54,360 nt of DNA, taken from positions 1 to 54,360 of the forward strand of contig DAOUWZ010000005.1 in NCBI GenBank assembly GCA_030666865.1, in the 5' to 3' direction. This DNA comes from a bacterium. GTDB lineage: Bacteria > Patescibacteriota > Patescibacteriia > S139-126. Made by a program: the position numbers and the translations under genes. Shown here in pieces: positions 16,367-24,005 of the stretch (position 1 is its first letter; each line of letters opens with the position of its first letter). The notes below the pieces were generated by a model. It saw only the letters and a list, made by a program, of their open reading frames with translations, did not search any database and was not told where the DNA came from.

Positions 16367-17668
16367 TTAGATTAACTTAAGTTTCCTATCAGCTAGTGTT
16401 AATTTACTTCTTAGGCAAGATAGTAGCTCTCGTTTCTCTATGATATTCCCATCAGTCAATATATATTTTGCATACTTCTTCATATCAGTCTCTTTACTGA
16501 GTTTTAGTTTCTCTTTATTAGCTCCAAATACTGTTTGCCTAAATTTATAATATTTTTCAACTTCATTTTCCAGTTTTTGTCTAATACCTAGCTTGTCCAA
16601 ATTGATAGTATCTATAATATTTAGTATTTGTTTGATAAGTTCTTCTTCTCGTATATATTTACCAGAGCATTTTTTATCTCTTGATCTAGTACAGCCATAA
16701 TATATATATTTTTTCTTTGTACCATCTTTTCTGTATTTATATTTTTCTTGTGCGGTTATACCTGATCCACATTTTCTACATTGTATTAGTTTTGTGAAGG
16801 CGAATTCTTTACTACCATAGTTATATTCTCTTTGAATGGTTATTTTTTTCTGTACTTTATCAAATAATTCTTTGGAAACTAGGGGAGTATGCTGAGCAGT
16901 ATACCAATTCCCACTACCATGAGGATATTCAAACACACCATAATAGAAAGTATTCTTTAATATAATATAGATATTACTTAAAGATAAATGCTTTCCATTT
17001 TTTGTTTTAAAATTTATATCATTTTTAAGCCAGAAAAATATTTGTCTACCACTTAAGCCTTCATTGGCTACTTTTTCGTATATTTGTTTTATTACATGTC
17101 CGCGTTCTGGATCTACTATGACATGACATTTTCTATCACTTCGTTTTTCATTTAAATAACCAGTTGGTGCTACTGATGGTCTTAAGCCCATTTCTACTTT
17201 TGCTCTTAAACCACGCTTTACATTGATACCTCGATTATCATTTTCCAGTTTTGCTTGAGATCCTAGGATCATCAGTAAGAATTTTTCATTAGGGGAATTA
17301 GTAAACGTTTGTCCATGCGTTCGTATTTCAAAAAGTAATTTACTATCCATTAGATCTACTACTGCTCCAAGATCGCCAGCATTTCTTGCTAGTCGATCAG
17401 GTGCCCAAGTTAAAATACCATTAAACATTCCTTTACTTATATCTACTAGTAGTTGATTATATACTGGTCTTTGCCCTGACTCTTTGGCTGAATGTGATTC
17501 TTTGCGTATTTCTACTATATTTAGTTTTTCTTTCTCTGCTAGCTCTAACATTTCCTTAATCTGTGAATCAATAGACATTGCTTGTTTTTCATCGCTCTCG
17601 CTCGATTTGCGGGCATATAGGCAGTACTTAATAGTTGGGTAATTATCTTGTGATTGTGTTTGATCCAT
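16367..17668 (-). CDS. Large serine recombinase (resolvase + recombinase + zinc ribbon)
   Basis: YARKSS catalytic Ser, ESHSAK, DRLARN, CRKCG...YYGC...C. Confidence 0.93.
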   Translation of the reverse strand: MDQTQSQDNYPTIKYCLYARKSSESDEKQAMSIDSQIKEMLELAEKEKLNIVEIRKESHSAKESGQRPVYNQLLVDISKGMFNGILTWAPDRLARNAGDLGAVVDLMDSKLLFEIRTHGQTFTNSPNEKFLLMILGSQAKLENDNRGINVKRGLRAKVEMGLRPSVAPTGYLNEKRSDRKCHVIVDPERGHVIKQIYEKVANEGLSGRQIFFWLKNDINFKTKNGKHLSLSNIYIILKNTFYYGVFEYPHGSGNWYTAQHTPLVSKELFDKVQKKITIQREYNYGSKEFAFTKLIQCRKCGSGITAQEKYKYRKDGTKKKYIYYGCTRSRDKKCSGKYIREEELIKQILNIIDTINLDKLGIRQKLENEVEKYYKFRQTVFGANKEKLKLSKETDMKKYAKYILTDGNIIEKRELLSCLRSKLTLADRKLKLI

Positions 17669-17760
17669 AGTTTTGGATTAATAATTATATCTCCTTAAAC
17701 TAATGGATGACGCAATCCCTTTAGTGAGTCCAGGACACCTAGTAGACAAATTGTTGGTAA

Positions 17761-18300
17761 CTAATTCTTTTCATCCTCATCATATTTAGCCATTTTTTCT
17801 TCAATTTCATCTTCTTTTTCATATCTTTTATCTCTTTGCATTATAATATCAATATTATTCATTCCTTCTTTTTTGCCTTGTAACAATTCGACATAATCTT
17901 TGCTATTTGCAATTATTTCTTCAATACTTTCATCTTGTGATTCTACCTCATAAGGTCTTGCCCGTTTTTTGGAATAAGTGTGACTATTGTATTTTAGCCA
18001 AAAAATTATTGCTGTTAGATTGTCGGCTTGAATAGATTTAATTAGTTTTGATTCTGCTAAATCATTTATTAATGATTTTCCAGCTCTCAGTGCTCTATCA
18101 GCCGCTTTAGCAAAAATGTGATCATTTTTACGCCACCTATAATATGTGGCTCTAGATACACCAGCTCTTTCACAAGCTAATTGTACAATCGGCGTTTTTT
18201 TCAGTTGACTGATCAATGCTTTTTTCATTTCTTCTGTTCTATTAGCTACTGTTTCAGAAGATTTTTTATCTTTTTTGGTAGTAATAGATTTCTTATTCAT
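17761..18300 (-). CDS. Helix-turn-helix protein (phage terminase-small-subunit-like / phBC6A51-type)
   Basis: ACERAGVSRATYYRW...DLAESKL...AIIFWLK. Confidence 0.75.
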   Translation of the reverse strand: MNKKSITTKKDKKSSETVANRTEEMKKALISQLKKTPIVQLACERAGVSRATYYRWRKNDHIFAKAADRALRAGKSLINDLAESKLIKSIQADNLTAIIFWLKYNSHTYSKKRARPYEVESQDESIEEIIANSKDYVELLQGKKEGMNNIDIIMQRDKRYEKEDEIEEKMAKYDEDEKN

Positions 18301-18321
18301 AATATTTACATAGCTATTATA

Positions 18322-19653
18322 TTAATTAACTTTTTTAGCGGTTTTGCCTGTGTATTTTTCCCAGCGTTTTAGTATCACCTCAGTATAAATAGGGGACTTT
18401 TCCATTAAGAAACATCTTCTGCCTAGTTTAAGTGAAGCTATAAGCGTACTCCCCGAACCTCCAAATGGCTCTAGAACAATATCCCCTCGCTTGGTTAGAA
18501 CTTTTATGTAAGGAATAAGAAGCTCTAATGGCTTAGTGCCAAAGATAATGCCTTGACCAGAACTTTTTTTATCAGCGGCAATGTGTTCAATAAAATCAGT
18601 TGGACATATTGCTTTATTCTTTTTATAACCTTCCCAATGTGGGGAGCCAGAAGTGGCAAACAGAGCATTTTCATATTCATTTTGAAATAGCTCATCAGAT
18701 TCAGTTTCAAGATTTAATTCAACATTACCTTTAGTACCTACAATAGCAATGTCAGATTTGTTAAAGAACTTATATTTAGCTGCAAATCCTTGTACTCGGT
18801 TCGGGATATGCCAAATAATTGTATTCCTATAGCGCCAATGTTTTTCCAGCTCTTGCCAAAGGGCCTTTAAATTTTTTGGATTTTCATATATAATAATAGA
18901 GAAGTCGGGTTTTTGCACTTTAGCAACACTGTTCATCCATAATTCTGTAAAGTTATCAGGTAAAATATCTGTTTCTAAATATCTACGATTTTTCTTTACA
19001 CCAAATCCTTCAGTGACTCCGTCTTTATTTCTGGTTTTACCCTTTAAATAATCGAGTAAATATGGAGGATCAGTCAGGCACAGATCTGCCTTATGGTTTT
19101 CCATAAGCGATAACATATCAGCTTCTATGGTAGAGTCCCCGCATTTAACAAATGATCCATCAATTTCATAAATATTTCCTTTTTTGACTTTTATCTCAGT
19201 AATGTTTAGCTTTTCTAATTCCTTTTTTAAATCAAATTGTTCTGGTGTTGTATCTATTTCAAATATTTCATCCATTTCTTCATTAGAAAATCCAACATCA
19301 GTCAAAAGCACTTCATTAAAATCTTGTAAAAGAGATAAATCAAATTCTCCTAAATTCTTATTTAGCCTTAAGTTAAGTTCTTTTTCTCTTTCAATCTCAG
19401 GGATATTTACATAGACAACATCAACTTCTTTAAATCCCATTTCCTTCATCATCTCTAAACGGAAGTGTCCTCCAATCAAAAAATTCATTCTATCAGGATG
19501 ATTGTTACAGATGAGGGGGTCGACTTGTCCAAACCGTTCAAGACTCTGTTTTAAGTCTTCTGCTTGTTGTTTGTCCCACTTACGCGGATTATATTTACTT
19601 TTTTTGATTGCTGTAATGGCAATTTTTTTAATTTGTAAGTTGTTTTCTAACAT
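18322..19653 (-). CDS. ParB/Srx N-terminal domain fused to an N6/N4 DNA methyltransferase
   Basis: YNPRK, GGHFR (ParB-like); DPPY then EPFGGSGST (beta-class MTase order). Confidence 0.88.
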   Translation of the reverse strand: MLENNLQIKKIAITAIKKSKYNPRKWDKQQAEDLKQSLERFGQVDPLICNNHPDRMNFLIGGHFRLEMMKEMGFKEVDVVYVNIPEIEREKELNLRLNKNLGEFDLSLLQDFNEVLLTDVGFSNEEMDEIFEIDTTPEQFDLKKELEKLNITEIKVKKGNIYEIDGSFVKCGDSTIEADMLSLMENHKADLCLTDPPYLLDYLKGKTRNKDGVTEGFGVKKNRRYLETDILPDNFTELWMNSVAKVQKPDFSIIIYENPKNLKALWQELEKHWRYRNTIIWHIPNRVQGFAAKYKFFNKSDIAIVGTKGNVELNLETESDELFQNEYENALFATSGSPHWEGYKKNKAICPTDFIEHIAADKKSSGQGIIFGTKPLELLIPYIKVLTKRGDIVLEPFGGSGSTLIASLKLGRRCFLMEKSPIYTEVILKRWEKYTGKTAKKVN

Positions 19654-19681
19654 ATAGTTGTTAAGTTAATTTTTAAGTAAT

Positions 19682-19751
19682 AAAAAAATCTTAAGTTGTA
19701 GGCATACTAAACCCAGGTATCATTGGTTTTGGTATTTTTACAATTTAAGAT
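19682..19751 (-). terminator. Attenuator-like hairpin in the leader of the ParB-MTase operon
   Basis: Stem 19688-19700/19739-19751 with an inner stem, followed by a U-tract on the minus strand, ~28 nt before the ATG. Confidence 0.5.
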
Positions 19752-19904
19752 CTCTTTGGGACTTATTTCCCTAAAAGCAGGGAACTAAGGTTTGGTTAAA
19801 AAAAAGAGGTGTAATGAAGGGGTTAATAATTAAATCACTCTTTATGTGTCTCTATGTATCATTGTTTGATGGTTGTTTTTAATTGTTAAGGAACTAATGA
19901 ATTA

Positions 19905-19932
19905 ATTATAGATGGACTGAAAAATAAGTCAA
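19905..19932 (-). promoter_or_regulatory. Sigma70 promoter for the ParB-MTase/HTH/recombinase operon
   Basis: Minus strand TTGACT-16 bp-TATAAT. Confidence 0.55.
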
Positions 19933-20144
19933 TATTATGCCACATAATATAAATAGTGTCAATACTGTAAATAAGTCATTATACTTTTTGGCTAAGATTA
20001 GCTTAAAAATAATAATGAATTTTTAAAACCTTTTAAATATTGGTTATTTTGACCTGTTGATAACTCTACTTCGCAAGGTCTGTGGTTAAGCTAGAATGGA
20101 CTAAAGGTCGAAATAAGGGTAAAATTACCTTACAAATTGAATAT

Positions 20145-20336
20145 TCTGGTATAACCAGAGTGCCTAAACCTTATTTATAAGGCATGGCGCTGAAATCCAA
20201 CCATGGTAGAGAACTCCTCGTTCAAGTCTTCCATGGTTGGTCGTATTCCGAAAGGAATATGGGTGTCGCAAGATGCCAGACTTGGCGGGGAGCTTTGTGT
20301 ATTCAAAGTCAACCTGTTACCAAGGTTGGTTTTTTG
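20145..20336 (+). ncRNA. Candidate multi-stem structured RNA with GNRA tetraloops, pseudoknot and terminal terminator
   Basis: Stems CCAACCATGG/CCATGGTTGG, CGTATTCC-GAAA-GGAATATG, GGTGTC-GCAA-GATGCC; CAAGTCT(20223)/AGACTTG(20278) complementarity; AACCT...AGGTT plus T-tract. Confidence 0.65.
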
Positions 20337-20360
20337 TTTATAATTTATTTTAAAAATAAT

Positions 20361-20747
20361 ATGGAAAATAAAAAAGAAAATATTAGCAAGAAAAATATTA
20401 TTACTTTATTAGTCGTTATCATTATTATCTTGATAAGTGGATTCTTTGTATATCCAGAATATTCAAGATATAGATTTCAAAAAGAAATAGAGCATCAACA
20501 AGCAAGACAGGAGGCTTCAGAAAAGAGCATGCTTATAACAGAAATAGATTTATTGCAGATGGATCTCGGTGAGTTTGAATATACATCTGAAAGACAAAAA
20601 CAAATGAGTTTAGAAGAATTGAGAAATGCTAAACAAGAACTTGAATGGAAAATGGAATTTAATACTCTCAAAAGAAAATGTGGTGATGATTGTCCTGAGA
20701 ACTTAACCTGGGGTAATTTTCTTTTAAGTAAGGTACTTGCAGATTAA
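20361..20747 (+). CDS. Hypothetical single-TM coiled-coil protein
   Basis: AT-rich-preceded ATG at 20361 (the upstream ORF extension overlaps the structured RNA); TM IITLLVVIIIILISGFFV. Confidence 0.65.
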   Translation: MENKKENISKKNIITLLVVIIIILISGFFVYPEYSRYRFQKEIEHQQARQEASEKSMLITEIDLLQMDLGEFEYTSERQKQMSLEELRNAKQELEWKMEFNTLKRKCGDDCPENLTWGNFLLSKVLAD

Positions 20748-20756
20748 TTTTAAGAT

Positions 20757-21350
20757 ATGTATAAAAGAATTCCTGATAAAAAACTTATTGGAGAAGAGTT
20801 TTTTAAAAATACTAAAGATAAACATTTTTCAATATTAGAATTTTGGCAGTATGGTTTTTCCAATCTAAATTCAAATGTACTCAGAGGTGCATTGGCTGAA
20901 TTTCTAGTTGAAAATGCTTTAAAAGATAAAAATGATATTTTCGTTCGCAATCCTTGGGGTGATTATGATGTTGAAACAAAAGATAATAAAAAAATTGAAG
21001 TGAAATGTAGTTCTTATATTCAAGATTGGGATCAAAATAAATTAAGCACAATACTTTTTTCAGGACTCAAAGCAAAAGAAATTTATTGGTCAGAAGCTGT
21101 GAAAAAGAAAAGTGATTTAAAAAAGAAAGATTATAAAGCAGATATTTATATTTTAGCCTTATTGGATCATCAAGAATCCGAAACCCTTGATATATTGGAT
21201 ATTGACCAATGGAGTTTTTATGTTTTAACAAAAGATAGAATAAAAGAAATAACCAAAGATGGTAAGTCTATATCATTATCTAAACTTAACAAAAACAATA
21301 TTAAGCCTTATCATTTTAATCAATTGGCTAGTATAGTAACTAATATTTGA
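20757..21350 (+). CDS. PD-(D/E)XK restriction-endonuclease-like protein
   Basis: RGALAEFLV...YDV...IEVK. Confidence 0.7.
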   Translation: MYKRIPDKKLIGEEFFKNTKDKHFSILEFWQYGFSNLNSNVLRGALAEFLVENALKDKNDIFVRNPWGDYDVETKDNKKIEVKCSSYIQDWDQNKLSTILFSGLKAKEIYWSEAVKKKSDLKKKDYKADIYILALLDHQESETLDILDIDQWSFYVLTKDRIKEITKDGKSISLSKLNKNNIKPYHFNQLASIVTNI

Positions 21351-21386
21351 TATGCCAGAGTTATATTTTAATAAAATGTCTAACAT

Positions 21387-21418
21387 AAGCCATAAATGAT
21401 TGATTTATGGCTTGTTTT
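21387..21418 (+). terminator. Intrinsic terminator-like hairpin
   Basis: AAGCCATAAAT/ATTTATGGCTT followed by GTTTT. Confidence 0.5.
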
Positions 21419-21468
21419 GTGGGAGAATAGAATTATTAGAATGTTAGTGTACAGGTAATAAAATAATT

Positions 21469-23994
21469 ATGGTAAATTTCAAAGAAGCACAAGCACGAAT
21501 AAAGATAGACGAATTACTCAAACAAGCTGGTTGGAGATTTTTTGATAATGAGAATGATTCAGCGAATATTCAACTTGAGCCTGGGGTTAAACTTACAAAA
21601 ATAGTACTAGATGCTCTTGGAAACGATTTTGAAAAAGAAGTAAAAGGTTATGTTGATTATTCACTACTCGATGATGACGGAGATCCTATTATTGTGATTG
21701 AAGCCAAAAAAGAGTCAATTCATCCACTGGAAGCTAAAGAGCAAGCACGAAAATACGCAAATGTACAAAGATGTCGTTTTGTAATTCTAACAAATGGTAA
21801 TACTCATTATTTTTGGGATATAGAACATGGTAATCCTCAAATTATAACGGACTTTCCCACGCTCGAATCTTTATATCACCGTAAAAAGTTCAAGCCAGAT
21901 ATGAATGCTCTTGCAGACGAATATGTGGATGATGGTTATATTGCACGAATCAAAGATGAAAATTATTTTGATGATCCAAGATATCAAGATGAAAACACAC
22001 GAACAACATACCTAAAAGATAAAGGTCTTATAATTTTGCGACCGTTTCAGCTTGATGCTATCCATAAACTACAAAGTGCCGCTAAAAATGGACAAGAAAG
22101 ATATTTGTTCGAGATGGCAACAGGGACAGGAAAAACATTAACAACTGCCGCAGTTGCACGCCTATTTTTACGCACAGGAAATGCACGAAGGATTCTCTTT
22201 TTAGTAGATAGAATCGAACTTGAAAATCAAGCAGAGAAAGCACTAAAAAAAGTACTTGGTGACGACTATATAATTAAAACCTTCAAACAAAATAGAGACA
22301 GCTGGAAAAGTGCTCAAATAGTAGTTAGTACAGTACAATCATTGCTTGCTGGTGATAAATATCGTAAAGAATTTTCACCAACAGACTTTGAGTTGGTTAT
22401 TTCTGATGAAGCTCATCGTTCGCTTGGGGGTAACTCGCGCTCTGTATTTGAGTATTTCAACGGTTATAAATTAGGACTTACGGCAACGCCTAAAGATTAT
22501 TTAAAGAATGTTGAGGATAAAGACGATCCGCGCACATCTGAACGTCGTGAGTTGTTAGATACATACAGAACTTTTGGATGTGAATCAGGAGTGCCGACAT
22601 TTCGTTACAATCTATCACAAGGAGCAAAAGACGGTTATCTCGTTCAGCCAAAAGTTTTTGATGCACGTACACAAATTACAACACAATTGTTATCTGATGA
22701 GGGCTATGCAGTACTTGCGGCAAATGAAGATGGTGATGAAGTTGAAGAAACATTTACACATCGAGATTATGAGAGAAAATTTTATAATACAGAAACAAAT
22801 ATTGCATTTTGCAAGACACTTATAGATCATTGTGTAACAGATCCGATTACACAAGAAATCGGCAAAACTTTAGTATTTTGTGTTAGCCAAAAACATGCAC
22901 GTAAAATTACAGAAATTCTTAATTTGATGGCTGATAAAAAATACCCTGGCAAATACAATTCTGATTTTGCTGTGCAAGTCACATCAACCATCAAAGATGC
23001 TCAAGATAAAACAGTAAGATTTGCAAATGATAATCTCAGTGGTAACTCTAAATTTAAAGAGGGCTACAAAACTAGCAAGACGAGAGTTTGTGTAACTGTT
23101 GGCATGATGACAACAGGATATGATGCTCCCAATATCTTAAACTTAGCACTAATGCGTCCAATTTTTTCTCCATCAGATTTTGTGCAGATGAAAGGTCGAG
23201 GGACGCGCAGACATACATTTTCATATGGTGATGATAAATATGAAAAAGAGAATTTCTACCTTTTTGATTTCTTTGGCAACTACGAATATTTTGAAGAGAA
23301 GTTTGACTATGACGAGGTGCTTAAATTGCCAGCATTGCAACATACTGAAACAAATACAGATGATCAAGAAATTAAGAAGAAAATTGAATCTCTAGATTTG
23401 GATCAATTAGATGCGATAAAGCAAATAGATAAAACTGAAGTCGGAGAGGAAGGAATGGTTATAGACAGAGAGCTATATCATGAGACTTTTGAGAAAATCA
23501 TAAAAGAAGATGGTGAGCTTCAAGATATTTATACTCAAAATGGTATAGATGGAGTTAAAGAATATGTAATGTCAGAAATCCTCAATAAACCAAAAGAGTA
23601 CTTTACACCAGAAAAGCTTCGCGAGTCTATAACATCAGATAGATGGATAAGTTTTAAGGAAATCTTACAAAAAGCATTTGGAGAAATTGATACATTTAAA
23701 AACTTAGATGAAAAAACAGAAGAAGAATTTAAGAAGTTCCAAGATATTGAGGAGTTGGATGCAAATGTTGTCCCAGAGGCGCGATGGTTCTTCTCTGCGT
23801 ATTTGCAAGATAAAGATTTGCGCGGAGTTATAGAAAGTGAGCAGTTTGGCAGATTACCAGCAATGGCAGGAGTAGATTTTGACGCTTTCAAAAAATTAGC
23901 AGAAACAAAACGCAATGGTGGTTCGTATGCACAATACATACCAATATACATACATGATTATGTAGACAATCTAAAAACTTTTGAACAAGTATAA
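21469..23994 (+). CDS. hsdR: Type I restriction enzyme R subunit (EcoEI/EcoAI-like DEAH helicase-nuclease)
   Basis: VDY..IEAKK, MATGTGKT, DEAH, TAT, QMKGRGTRR. Confidence 0.9.
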   Translation: MVNFKEAQARIKIDELLKQAGWRFFDNENDSANIQLEPGVKLTKIVLDALGNDFEKEVKGYVDYSLLDDDGDPIIVIEAKKESIHPLEAKEQARKYANVQRCRFVILTNGNTHYFWDIEHGNPQIITDFPTLESLYHRKKFKPDMNALADEYVDDGYIARIKDENYFDDPRYQDENTRTTYLKDKGLIILRPFQLDAIHKLQSAAKNGQERYLFEMATGTGKTLTTAAVARLFLRTGNARRILFLVDRIELENQAEKALKKVLGDDYIIKTFKQNRDSWKSAQIVVSTVQSLLAGDKYRKEFSPTDFELVISDEAHRSLGGNSRSVFEYFNGYKLGLTATPKDYLKNVEDKDDPRTSERRELLDTYRTFGCESGVPTFRYNLSQGAKDGYLVQPKVFDARTQITTQLLSDEGYAVLAANEDGDEVEETFTHRDYERKFYNTETNIAFCKTLIDHCVTDPITQEIGKTLVFCVSQKHARKITEILNLMADKKYPGKYNSDFAVQVTSTIKDAQDKTVRFANDNLSGNSKFKEGYKTSKTRVCVTVGMMTTGYDAPNILNLALMRPIFSPSDFVQMKGRGTRRHTFSYGDDKYEKENFYLFDFFGNYEYFEEKFDYDEVLKLPALQHTETNTDDQEIKKKIESLDLDQLDAIKQIDKTEVGEEGMVIDRELYHETFEKIIKEDGELQDIYTQNGIDGVKEYVMSEILNKPKEYFTPEKLRESITSDRWISFKEILQKAFGEIDTFKNLDEKTEEEFKKFQDIEELDANVVPEARWFFSAYLQDKDLRGVIESEQFGRLPAMAGVDFDAFKKLAETKRNGGSYAQYIPIYIHDYVDNLKTFEQV

Positions 23995-24005
23995 TAAAAT
24001 ATTTC

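Noticed and set aside
20184-20360. N-terminal 59 aa of the 187-aa ORF in the track
   Set aside because: Overlaps the structured RNA and its terminator; ATG 20361 gives a normal basic-N-terminus plus TM protein.
21378-21449. attC or dif-like site (GTCTAAC...GTTAGTG; TTATGTTAGAC on the minus strand)
   Set aside because: The arms do not pair along the length and only one dif-like half is present; a terminator hairpin explains it.
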